DNA of 24,000 nt from Nanobdellota archaeon. GTDB taxonomy: Archaea; Nanobdellota; Nanobdellia; Woesearchaeales; UBA9642. This document shows positions 9,601-18,065 of this stretch, piece after piece. Location of the stretch: NCBI GenBank assembly GCA_021813435.1, contig JAKAKR010000014.1:98889-122888 (forward strand), in the 5' to 3' direction. Numbering within the stretch: position 1 is the stretch's first letter; the number at the start of each line of letters is the position of its first letter. A program made the translations under genes and the position numbers. The notes below the pieces were generated by a model. That model searched no databases, was not told the origin of the DNA, and was given only the letters and a program-made list of their open reading frames with translations.

Positions 9601-9624
9601 CGATTTAAAAAATAAGAATAGTAC

Positions 9625-10020
9625 TTGGTTTTATTCCTTTTTCTCTTCAGCAGGCGCTGCAGTGATGAGCGGCGTTGGACCATACTTGACGACCTTGAGA
9701 TTGATCTGTGTAGTCCTATTATAGATGGTGTTTCCTGCAATAGTTCTGCGGAGTCGCATTCCTGTACGAGTGTAACGGTTTCCAGTCGCAGTGGTTGTCA
9801 AGATCTGTTTGCGCATGATCCCATTCACATCCTTGCGCATAGGAAATCCGCAATAATCAGAACCGCCTGCAATCTCAAACTCGTAACCCGGCATATCAAT
9901 TGACTCTCCATTGATCTTGTCGCCGATCTTTTTACCGTACAAGAATCCTGCGGCATCTTCCTTCAATTCCTTCTTGATGCACTTTCCTGACTTGTCTGCA
10001 ATATTCAGTTTTAAATCCAT
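9625..10020 (-). CDS. rps6e: Ribosomal protein eS6
   Basis: MDLKLNIADKSGKCIKKEL...GKKIGDKINGESIDMPGYEFEIAGGSDYCGFPMRKDVNG...RRTIAGNTIYNRTTQINLKVVKYG is classic eS6; start at 10020 rather than 10044. Confidence 0.93.
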
Positions 10021-10248
10021 TTTTTTCCTCCCAGAGAAACACATGCAAATCAGAGAAATCCATAAGAATAAAGAGGACTGGTGGTCCGCACTATCCTATA
10101 AACTTCCAGAGGCATGCATCCTCAGTTGTTTATGCGTATGAGTGCAAGAAACAGTGGGATGTTTATAAATATTATGCTTTAGTTGAACGACGCGGGATGT
10201 CGCAGGATATTAAACAAAGTTTATAAAATACCCGTCGTTTCCTGCATC

Positions 10249-11211
10249 ATGAATTTTCAGGGATTGCAAAAAATTGAACGCGCAGAATTCTATATCGAAC
10301 TCGCATTCCGCGCTGCACGCAAGCAGGGCGACAAGATCTACATGCGCACTTCCGGAGAGCAGTTCCTGCGCATCAAAAAGACCGAGATCGAACGGGTCAA
10401 GGAATTTGCAAAGACTATCCGGGAGAAGATGGACGCTATCACCAAGAATTTTCCCTCGATCGATGGCATGCCGGAATTCTATCAGGAACTCGTCCGGACA
10501 ACAATCGATTATGACCAATTGAAAAAATCCCTCGGCGCAGTCAAGTGGGCAAGCGAGCATGTAAGGATTTTTGCAAGAAAATATGAGCAGAAGATGCGCG
10601 GCGCGCGCGAACAGGGAACACTCAAGCGGCAATCGACTGAATTCTATGGCCGCGCAAGTTCACTGCTCAAGCAGATCAAGTCAAACCTTGCCTATCTTGA
10701 GGAATCGCGCGGGATCATGAAGACGTATCCGACGATCAAGACTGAACTCTTCACGGTTGCAATCACAGGCTTTCCCAATATCGGCAAGAGCACGCTCCTC
10801 TCCAAATTGACCCCGGCAAAGCCTGAGATAAAAAATTATGCGTTCACAACAAAAAATCTGAATCAGGGATACGCGCAGTATGGCATCCACAAGATCCAAT
10901 TCGTCGATACGCCGGGTGTATTGAACCGCCACCAGATGAATGCCATTGAGCAGCAGGCATATCTTATCATGAAGTATCTTGCAAACCTTATTGTCTATGT
11001 GATTGATCTCACTGAACCCTACAGCATCAAGGAGCAGGAAAAACTTCTCAAGACACTTGCAGAGTATGACAAGCCCATTGTCATCTATCTTTCAAAGACT
11101 GATATCATCGATGCTGCAACGACCGCAAAGGCAAAGAAGAAATACCGCGCCATCACCAGCGTCGGGGATTTACGTGCACGCATAGAGAAGGTCATGCAAC
11201 AGGGCAGATAA
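10249..11211 (+). CDS. NOG1-family GTP-binding protein
   Basis: Helical N-terminus then G1 GFPNIGKSTLLSKLT, G3 DTPGV, G4 SKTD; ATG at 10249 is preceded by TATA-like gtttataaaata; track start at 10183 is likely too early. Confidence 0.85.
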   Translation: MNFQGLQKIERAEFYIELAFRAARKQGDKIYMRTSGEQFLRIKKTEIERVKEFAKTIREKMDAITKNFPSIDGMPEFYQELVRTTIDYDQLKKSLGAVKWASEHVRIFARKYEQKMRGAREQGTLKRQSTEFYGRASSLLKQIKSNLAYLEESRGIMKTYPTIKTELFTVAITGFPNIGKSTLLSKLTPAKPEIKNYAFTTKNLNQGYAQYGIHKIQFVDTPGVLNRHQMNAIEQQAYLIMKYLANLIVYVIDLTEPYSIKEQEKLLKTLAEYDKPIVIYLSKTDIIDAATTAKAKKKYRAITSVGDLRARIEKVMQQGR

Positions 11212-11262
11212 GTATACAAAAGTATACTATACTCAAACTATTTTAATAACTTCTGGTTTCTT

Positions 11263-11724
11263 TTGCTTGATACTACAATGAAAAAAGCGCTAGAATACCT
11301 GCTCACCAATCACCTTGTCAGCGAGCATGAACTTAAAGAAGGCGGACTACTCCCCGCAGCAGAAGACCTTGCGGTAACACTGCGCAGAGCAACAACTGAA
11401 CTTATCAAGCGGCTTGCGCGCAACGCACGCTATAACGGGACCATGACTGATCATGGGATGGTGTGGCATGAGAACCCGCATTATGTTGACATCGGGATAA
11501 ATCCTGAACCATTCACCAAGATCACGCCAGAACAGATAACAATATTTGAGAATGATCACGCATACCATGCCTACGCGCTCCAGAATCCCTCACCCTATAA
11601 CTTCAATAATACCACAACCCAAGAGAAAGAGAAAATAGATCCCGTCACCCGGGAAAAACTGATGGTCACAACCATCATCCCGATAAAGTATTATCTCTAC
11701 CTTTTCAGTTTTCCTAAAGATTGA
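11263..11724 (+). CDS. Hypothetical protein (start at 11263 or 11278)
   Basis: 153-aa ORF MKKALEYLLTNHLVSEHELKEGG...; no domain recognised. Confidence 0.55.
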   Translation: MLDTTMKKALEYLLTNHLVSEHELKEGGLLPAAEDLAVTLRRATTELIKRLARNARYNGTMTDHGMVWHENPHYVDIGINPEPFTKITPEQITIFENDHAYHAYALQNPSPYNFNNTTTQEKEKIDPVTREKLMVTTIIPIKYYLYLFSFPKD

Positions 11725-11766
11725 TAGCGGGGTTGTTCTCAGAGAAAATAGTATAAGAAAAAAAAA

Positions 11767-12303
11767 TTATTTATTCTTGACTTCAAAGATCTGGCAACGG
11801 CAAGGTAATTTATTCTTGCAACGGGTCAAACCCTCTTTTGCATATTTCAATCCTGTCTTGTCGACAGAGACCACAAACACTGCCTCGCCTGCCTTGACCT
11901 GTGCTGCAAGACCCACAGTCTTTCCAAAGGATGCAGCCATTCCTGTACTCATACGGTCTGCACCCGCGCCTGACGCTAACGCATTCTCGCGCAGGAGGTG
12001 ATGCGGGAATTTACGGAGTTGCATGCGAAAACCGGATTTTCCAAGATACTTTTCAAGAACCCTGTTCCCGGACTGTCTTGCTGACTCCAATGCATTATGC
12101 CTGATCTGCAGATCCTTCTTGGTCACAAGCGTGAGCGTATACTCAAATTCTCCCGGCTGCTTCTGTAGATTACCCATCTCATAACGGATGACCTTGCTAT
12201 GCGGCGAGCCGCGGACAAAATCTTTCTTTCTATACTTTGATTTACGTGTATAGGGACGCTTGAATTCCTTGTTATATGCTGATCCTTTGCGTAATTTTGC
12301 CAT
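11767..12303 (-). CDS. rpl10e: Ribosomal protein uL16 (archaeal L10e)
   Basis: MAKLRKGSAYNKEFKRPYTRKSKYRKKDFVRGSPHSKVIRYEMGN... matches archaeal L10e/L16; in-frame start at 12303; extended ORF to 12507 would overlap tRNA-Gln and is rejected. Confidence 0.9.
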   Translation of the reverse strand: MAKLRKGSAYNKEFKRPYTRKSKYRKKDFVRGSPHSKVIRYEMGNLQKQPGEFEYTLTLVTKKDLQIRHNALESARQSGNRVLEKYLGKSGFRMQLRKFPHHLLRENALASGAGADRMSTGMAASFGKTVGLAAQVKAGEAVFVVSVDKTGLKYAKEGLTRCKNKLPCRCQIFEVKNK

Positions 12304-12381
12304 AAAAAACACCTGTAAAACTTCTAGTGGGAGAAAAAACGATTCATTTATAAATATTGCCTTTTTCCCTAGGAGCAATAC

Positions 12382-12454
12382 AGCCCCGTAGTGTAGCGGC
12401 CAATCATAGGGGACTCTGGATCCTCTGACCCCAGTTCGAATCTGGGCGGGGCTA
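12382..12454 (+). tRNA. tRNA-Gln (anticodon CTG)
   Basis: AGCCCCG...CGGGGCT acceptor, anticodon loop CTCTGGA flanked by GGGGA/TCCTC, T arm CCCAG-TTCGAAT-CTGGG. Confidence 0.93.
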
Positions 12455-12570
12455 TCATTCTTTAATGTTCGGAAAGTGGGGCTAACAGCCTTTTGCTTTC
12501 TGTCCATTAGGATTTTTAGCTTTGGTGTACATATCCACTTAAATATTAGCTAATTCTTGGAGGATTTAAG

Positions 12571-13728
12571 ATGGTACGACATGCATTTGCGTCGAACGGG
12601 AAGAGAGATATCCATAACCTCGAAGCTGAGTACGATAAGGCTTTTGAGAAGTTGGAGTCTTCTGAGAAATGGGTTTTTGAGAGCAATAGGGCTCTTATTA
12701 TAGAGTATCTGAGGGCTTGTAAAAAGGGACAGGCCAAGAGCGGTGGCAGGAATGTCAGGGTCGGAAAAAGCTCTTTATACCGTGTTTTAGGTGTATTGAG
12801 GTTATTGAGTGAGAAATGGCTTAAGAAAGATTTTGATGCAGCTACAGCCCAAGACTGGCAATTATTCTATGATAAGATGGAGGAAGATGAGTTCTTGAAT
12901 GAGAATGGGAAAAAGTTCAAGCAAGCGACAAAAGCCAAGAACTATAAGACCATAAGGAAATTCTTGAAATGGAGATTTGGCAATAACAGATCTTATCCAG
13001 ACATATGCGCTGACTGGGTCACGACAGAAGAGAAAAGCACAAAAGAGTATCTTACACGTCAAGAAGTTGAGAGGATGGTGCAAGCAGCTAACTCTACAAA
13101 GACTAAATGCATGATAATGATGCTATTTGATGGAGGATTCAGGATTGAAGAATTGGCTAACTTGAAATGGCCTGACGTAATTAAAGAGGAGGGCAGAAAT
13201 TATTATCGTGCAGATGTCCGTGCAGAGACTAGCAAAACTAAGAAATCAAGAAAAGTTTCTCTCTGGTTAGCGACTGATATGATTGAATCATATAAGAATT
13301 CATTGATAGCAGCGAAGAAATTTAATCCTTCAGGATTCTTATTTGATGCTAATTATGATGTATTGCGTCTTACTGTCAGAAGACTCGGAAGCAGGGTGTT
13401 GAATAAGAACATCTCTCCTCACACATTAAGGCATAGTTCAGCCACGTATTATGCATCAATAATTAAGACATATCAACAGTTCTGTTCTAGATATGGCTGG
13501 ACGCTGAGAAGCAATGCACCACAAGTCTATTTCCACTCCGTGGCTGACGATGAGATAGCAGAGCAGACAAGAGAACACGAAATCGCTAGATTCAAGACAG
13601 AATTCGAGAGACAGAAACTTCAGAACAGGCAGCTGCAAGACACTCTTGAAAAGATGAAGAAGGATCAAGAAAGCATGAGGGAAGAGATTCTGAAGAGTGT
13701 ACTCAAAGAATTAGGCACGACAAAATAA
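12571..13728 (+). CDS. Tyrosine recombinase / archaeal element integrase
   Basis: 385 aa; FDGGFRIEELANLKWPDV (catalytic Arg box I), HTLRHSSATYYASI (HxxR box), ...PQVYFHSV (candidate catalytic Tyr), C-terminal coiled coil; SD ggagg upstream; begins 117 nt after the tRNA-Gln 3' end. Confidence 0.9.
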   Translation: MVRHAFASNGKRDIHNLEAEYDKAFEKLESSEKWVFESNRALIIEYLRACKKGQAKSGGRNVRVGKSSLYRVLGVLRLLSEKWLKKDFDAATAQDWQLFYDKMEEDEFLNENGKKFKQATKAKNYKTIRKFLKWRFGNNRSYPDICADWVTTEEKSTKEYLTRQEVERMVQAANSTKTKCMIMMLFDGGFRIEELANLKWPDVIKEEGRNYYRADVRAETSKTKKSRKVSLWLATDMIESYKNSLIAAKKFNPSGFLFDANYDVLRLTVRRLGSRVLNKNISPHTLRHSSATYYASIIKTYQQFCSRYGWTLRSNAPQVYFHSVADDEIAEQTREHEIARFKTEFERQKLQNRQLQDTLEKMKKDQESMREEILKSVLKELGTTK

Positions 13729-13882
13729 TATTTTTTTATTATTTTATTACTATGCCAATCAATTCTAGAAGCCTTAACTGTTTATCTGTCAATCTAGATG
13801 CGTTCTTCCTTATGAAATCTTCAATATTCTTGTATCCTTGAGATTTCAATTTCATTTCCATAGATTCGAGTTCTTGATCCAT
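13711..13882 (-). CDS. Possible small ORF (56 aa), converging on the integrase
   Basis: MDQELESMEMKLKSQGYKNIEDFIRKNASRLTDKQLRLLELIG... read from the reverse strand; below the track's size cutoff; coding status uncertain. Confidence 0.25.
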
Positions 13883-14012
13883 AATATCAATGTATTTTTG
13901 CTTCCTTAAATCACGAACTCATACAAACGATATCTCTGAGATTACTTGTCCCTTTTTTGTACCCATTTCTTTATCCTAACAATATTTATTGAACCTTGAA
14001 CTGTTTTCTTAT

Positions 14013-14195
14013 ATGGTAAAAAATAAGATTATACTCATCAGGGTCACTGAAGAGCAGAATGTTGAACTAATAGCTCGAACACGTAAGTCGGGATTCAGCA
14101 AGAAAGCAGACTATATCAGGAGCAAATTATTTAGTGATAATTCAAGCGAAGAAAAAATAAATAAGATATACGAAAAGGTGTGCGGAAATGGATGA
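14013..14195 (+). CDS. Ribbon-helix-helix family DNA-binding protein
   Basis: MVKNKIILIRVTEEQNVELIARTRKSGFSKKADYIRSKLF: beta-strand + two helices typical of RHH; likely start at 14013 rather than 13989. Confidence 0.6.
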   Translation: MVKNKIILIRVTEEQNVELIARTRKSGFSKKADYIRSKLFSDNSSEEKINKIYEKVCGNG

Positions 14196-14388
14196 ATCTT
14201 TCGAAGAATACAGATCTGAAAGAAAGAGCTTCTTCTGTCCGAACAAGCTCTGGGAAGAAGTCAGATCTAAGACTAAAGACAAGACATCCATATCTCACTA
14301 CATCAAGCGAGCAATCATAGAAAAAATGAAGAAAGATGACCCTCAAAGAAGTGAATATTATGAAGGTTTACTTATAATTATAGATTAA
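14188..14388 (+). CDS. Small ribbon-helix-helix-like protein
   Basis: FFCPNKLWEEVRSKTKDKTSISHYIKRAIIEKMKK is RHH-like; overlaps the preceding gene by 8 nt. Confidence 0.55.
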   Translation: MDESFEEYRSERKSFFCPNKLWEEVRSKTKDKTSISHYIKRAIIEKMKKDDPQRSEYYEGLLIIID

Positions 14389-14403
14389 TAATCCAAATGA
14401 AAT

Positions 14404-16071
14404 TCATACACTTTTTATCCATGGAAATAATTGCGATTGCGGATTTTCTTCTTTATCTTTTACTGCCTGCTGCAATATTTTTTCATTTATTTTGTGAATT
14501 TCTTCTCTGGACTTAATCAAATTCTCTTTCGATAAAGTATTAGATTCACGCAATGCTCTAATGGTTTGCGGATAACCTTTTTCATCCTTTTTCAATATAT
14601 CAGTTTCTGCTAATTCATAACCCTCAACTTTCTTATGTAACCATAATGCATACGATCCAAGATCCAAACAATATGCTTCAAAAACATCTTTGGAAGTGTG
14701 TGTGAGATGTAGGTTTGAATGGATTAGATGGACTATCTTGAAATCTATTAAATCATTTAATTTGTCAAGCGTTTCTTTTTCTTCTTGTTTAGTCCCTTTA
14801 TTTACTAAAAATGCTGTCCTTTTGTTATATTTCGTGCAGAAATCGAATACCTCATTAAAATATACATCTAATTCTTTCTTCTTTGCGTATTTTGTCTCCA
14901 AATTCTTCTGCTTATCTAGGAATAGATTATGTGCAGCTTTGTTGATTACATGAAAATCAATTTTTGGAGTTTCCTTTGAGAAATCCATTTGAGAAACACA
15001 ATATACAAATAATTGAAGGAAATCTCTAGGCACTCCTCCGGAAGCCCACACCAATCTTTTGAATCCATTATCCGTAGCAACAAACAAATCTTGAGCATCC
15101 TTGATTTTGAACATGGAGCATATGTCACTTAAAATCTTCTGTAAAAAACTCTCTGTTTCATCAAATCTTTGTAGCAGAAAATCCAAATCAATTTTTTGTA
15201 AATCAGCACTTTCTTCAAGACCATGTGGAGCTCCATCAGATTCTCTTTCATATAATTTCGTACGATGAGATATGCTCGCTATTTTTAGATATGCTTTTTG
15301 ACCTTTGCATAATCTGAATAAATAGTCAATAACATGAGGTTGGTCTTCGACTTGAACATGATAAAAATCATCTAGCAATAAAAATAATGCACTCTGATTT
15401 AGATAAATTATTGTACTGCTTAAAGTTGACCTGTATGTATCGATATTTTTATAAAGAAAATCAATTTTTTTCATATTCAATTTTATTCTACTTTTAATTT
15501 CTTTAGTTGACGATTTTCCAGAAGATAAACTTGCACTCATCGAAGATCCAATTATATTTGCCTGTTCAGAAAATTGGGCATTGCTATTTTTAGATTCGGA
15601 TAATCCTTGCTCTAGATCTTGATCGTATTCTATCGGCAAATCCTTTAACGAATTCAGGTCAGCAATGTCTTTATTTAATGCGTTCACGATTTTATTCTTT
15701 TTACGTTTTCCGGATAAATTTAGAACAAAATGTTTTTTTGTTTGAACTTTATTCCTTAAGTCTTCAAATATTTTAATTAGATTGGCTATTAATAAATCTG
15801 GATATCTATGATCAGTGTATAGATTGTAATCTATAAATGTAGTAGCCACTTTTTTCCTCTCGGCATTTATTTTTAATGCAACCAAGAGAGTTGTTTTACC
15901 CGATCCTCTCCTCCCATAAATTACAGTATTACATTTTGTTTGAACATTATTCAAATTGTTATTGTAATCAATATATACTACTTCTCCAGACTTTTCTTCA
16001 GTATATCTAAATATCTCCTTGATTCTTACGGCTACAAGGTTAAGTCTTGTCTTCAAATCTTCGTTGTTCAT
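14404..16071 (-). CDS. AAA-type P-loop ATPase (ORC/Cdc6- or STAND-like by eye)
   Basis: Walker A YGRRGSGKTTLL, Walker B ALFLLLDDFYHV, sensor-like IASISHRTKLY, GGVPRDFLQLF; 555 aa. Confidence 0.75.
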   Translation of the reverse strand: MNNEDLKTRLNLVAVRIKEIFRYTEEKSGEVVYIDYNNNLNNVQTKCNTVIYGRRGSGKTTLLVALKINAERKKVATTFIDYNLYTDHRYPDLLIANLIKIFEDLRNKVQTKKHFVLNLSGKRKKNKIVNALNKDIADLNSLKDLPIEYDQDLEQGLSESKNSNAQFSEQANIIGSSMSASLSSGKSSTKEIKSRIKLNMKKIDFLYKNIDTYRSTLSSTIIYLNQSALFLLLDDFYHVQVEDQPHVIDYLFRLCKGQKAYLKIASISHRTKLYERESDGAPHGLEESADLQKIDLDFLLQRFDETESFLQKILSDICSMFKIKDAQDLFVATDNGFKRLVWASGGVPRDFLQLFVYCVSQMDFSKETPKIDFHVINKAAHNLFLDKQKNLETKYAKKKELDVYFNEVFDFCTKYNKRTAFLVNKGTKQEEKETLDKLNDLIDFKIVHLIHSNLHLTHTSKDVFEAYCLDLGSYALWLHKKVEGYELAETDILKKDEKGYPQTIRALRESNTLSKENLIKSREEIHKINEKILQQAVKDKEENPQSQLFPWIKSV

Positions 16072-16131
16072 ACAATAAGTGTAGGCACATCATATAATAA
16101 ATTTTGTTATTTTGAAGGCACTTCTGTTGGT

Positions 16132-16893
16132 CTAGGATACTATTCTTTCTATTTCTTTTGTTCTTTTTCTTATTGTTACTTCAATGATCCCGACTGTATT
16201 CGCTATTTGTCTTTGCGTGACTTTTGGTTTTCCAGCTAAATACAACGCCGCAGCTGCGATAGTCTCTGGTCTTTTGCCTTGCAAGGATTCTTGAACCTGT
16301 TCTGTCAAATCCAATGCCTTCTGTATTGCAGGTTGATCTAACTTCAGCTTATTTCCGAATCTTTCAACCAAATCCGAGGGTTTAAGATTTTCAGCCTGTA
16401 TATTCAAGTGTCTCTTCAAATGTTTATATGTCCTCAATAGAGTTGTTTTTGTCATACCTGAATGTAATGCTAGCTCCTTAGATATTTTCGGGGTTTTTGT
16501 GATTGTGCATGCTGCATAGATACAGGCATAGACGACACTATTGGTATCTCTTCCAATGCTGAAATTTGTCTTGATAGCTTCTTGTAGTAAGCTTCTGGTC
16601 TCTTTCACGACAGTATCTGTTAAATTGTGCCGAGATGCCGCCATCTCGAGCAGTTCATCGCTTTGTTTGATGTTCTTTTCTCTTGTCGTAAACAACCATT
16701 CGTATTTCACAATCTTTCCGTCTTGTCTTCTTGATCCTGCTGTCGCTACATCAGGTTGTTGTGCATAATGTTTCTTTGTAGTCTCGATGTATGGAGTATC
16801 GATTGTATCATCTAATACGAGGCCGCATGATACACACACTTCTTCATTGGCTATTATCCTTGTCTCATCGTTTCCGCATTCAGGACATCTCAT
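16132..16893 (-). CDS. tfb: Element-encoded transcription initiation factor B (TFB) paralog
   Basis: Zn ribbon MRCPECGNDETRIIANEEVCVSCGLVLDD followed by two cyclin-like repeats ending RQIANTVGIIEVTIRKRTKEIERIV; SD-like ggggGTGA upstream of ATG at 16893. Confidence 0.9.
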   Translation of the reverse strand: MRCPECGNDETRIIANEEVCVSCGLVLDDTIDTPYIETTKKHYAQQPDVATAGSRRQDGKIVKYEWLFTTREKNIKQSDELLEMAASRHNLTDTVVKETRSLLQEAIKTNFSIGRDTNSVVYACIYAACTITKTPKISKELALHSGMTKTTLLRTYKHLKRHLNIQAENLKPSDLVERFGNKLKLDQPAIQKALDLTEQVQESLQGKRPETIAAAALYLAGKPKVTQRQIANTVGIIEVTIRKRTKEIERIVS

Positions 16894-17149
16894 CAGCTTC
16901 ACCCCCTTCAACGAAGTATAGCAGCACAGGCATCACTTTCTTCTCAGTCAATTCCTTGATCCTGCTATCCAACTTCTCTTTACTCATGCATAACTCCATG
17001 ACATAATCTACTTCGGTCTCTGCGTTCTCGAATAGGTCTCTTATCGGTTTTTTCAAGTCTATCCTCTTTCTCCTGTCATCATGGAATATCTTGCCCTTTA
17101 CAGTGATGGCCTTATCCACTGTCATGACAGGCTTTTGGTAAGCTATCAT
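16880..17149 (-). CDS. Hypothetical protein (89 aa) upstream of and overlapping tfb
   Basis: ORF MIAYQKPVMTVDKAITVKGKIFHDDRRKRIDL...; 14-nt overlap with the tfb start suggests co-transcription. Confidence 0.6.
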   Translation of the reverse strand: MIAYQKPVMTVDKAITVKGKIFHDDRRKRIDLKKPIRDLFENAETEVDYVMELCMSKEKLDSRIKELTEKKVMPVLLYFVEGGEADEMS

Positions 17150-17400
17150 GGCGTTCCTCCTCTACTGTTCTACAGGACATGAGTATTAAGAAAAAAATGG
17201 TCAAATTGCTTGTGGAAGCAAATACATGCGCTTCCACCTTAGAGCCTTATGACTAAACATATCATAGAAGTTATTTACGTATTGTTTAATCATTTTAGTA
17301 CCCCTATACAGTAGATAAGGATTAGGTAGTATATAAATGTATATGCTCGATTACCGGAATATTTACGGATTTATCGAACTATATATGAAGATAAGACTTT

Positions 17401-17410
17401 ATTTATAAAG
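17401..17410 (+). promoter_or_regulatory. Candidate archaeal TATA box for the accessory operon
   Basis: atttataaag, inside the palindrome CTTTATTTATAAAG (17397-17410), upstream of the 17552 gene with an implied leader of about 120 nt. Confidence 0.4.
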
Positions 17411-17551
17411 GAAAAATTTAAAAAGTGGTCGGGGCTAGTGATAAATTGGGGGTTCAATAAAGCACACGATTTCATCTTATTTACTAAATATCAATATTTA
17501 TGCCCTTTCCAAAGGATATGTTTCATTTGATTTACAGGAGATGCATTAGTT

Positions 17552-18064
17552 ATGAAAAACCAATCATTTGAAAATCTCATTAGAGATGGACGAGAATCAA
17601 TAAAGAATCATCAGATAATCGAGCCTACAAGAAATTACGACACATTCAATAATGCATTATTTTTCAATAAAAAACAGTTTTTGAATTGGTTACTTGATAA
17701 TTATCATGTTTTTGGAATAAGTAAGATATTGAAAGTCAGTGATTTTAGTCCGGAATTGATAGTTGAGACATATGATAAAACAATATTGAAGGTCGCTGTC
17801 GAGTTTTCTTCATTGAATTACAGATTAGTCAATGACTATGATATATATGACCCTAAAAGGGCGGATATAATAATAAGTTTCCTGCAACCGCATCAGGGCG
17901 TTAATGACTCTTTCATACCTATAATATCGTTATTTAAGGTTAAAGGACTATGCAGAGGCACAGATAGATTTGAAGCCGATTCCTTAGAGCTGACTGAATA
18001 TTTCAAGGAGTACATGCATACCGGCGTTAAACATCTTTATAGTGAAATTAACAGATTTAAATAA
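17552..18064 (+). CDS. Uncharacterised protein, possible PD-(D/E)XK-like nuclease
   Basis: 170 aa; motif LKVAVEFSSLNYRLVNDYDIYDPKRADIIISFL resembles the E...S-x-N...D-h-h-h pattern of small restriction-endonuclease-like proteins. First gene of the co-directional operon. Confidence 0.6.
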   Translation: MKNQSFENLIRDGRESIKNHQIIEPTRNYDTFNNALFFNKKQFLNWLLDNYHVFGISKILKVSDFSPELIVETYDKTILKVAVEFSSLNYRLVNDYDIYDPKRADIIISFLQPHQGVNDSFIPIISLFKVKGLCRGTDRFEADSLELTEYFKEYMHTGVKHLYSEINRFK

Positions 18065-18065
18065 A

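Noticed and set aside
12304-12507. N-terminal extension of the uL16/L10e ORF
   Set aside because: Would overlap tRNA-Gln; conserved L10e N-terminus MAKLRKGS starts at 12303.
17421-17460. tRNA-like look of gtggtcggggctagtg...gggggttcaa
   Set aside because: No acceptor or anticodon stem can be formed; only isolated GC runs.
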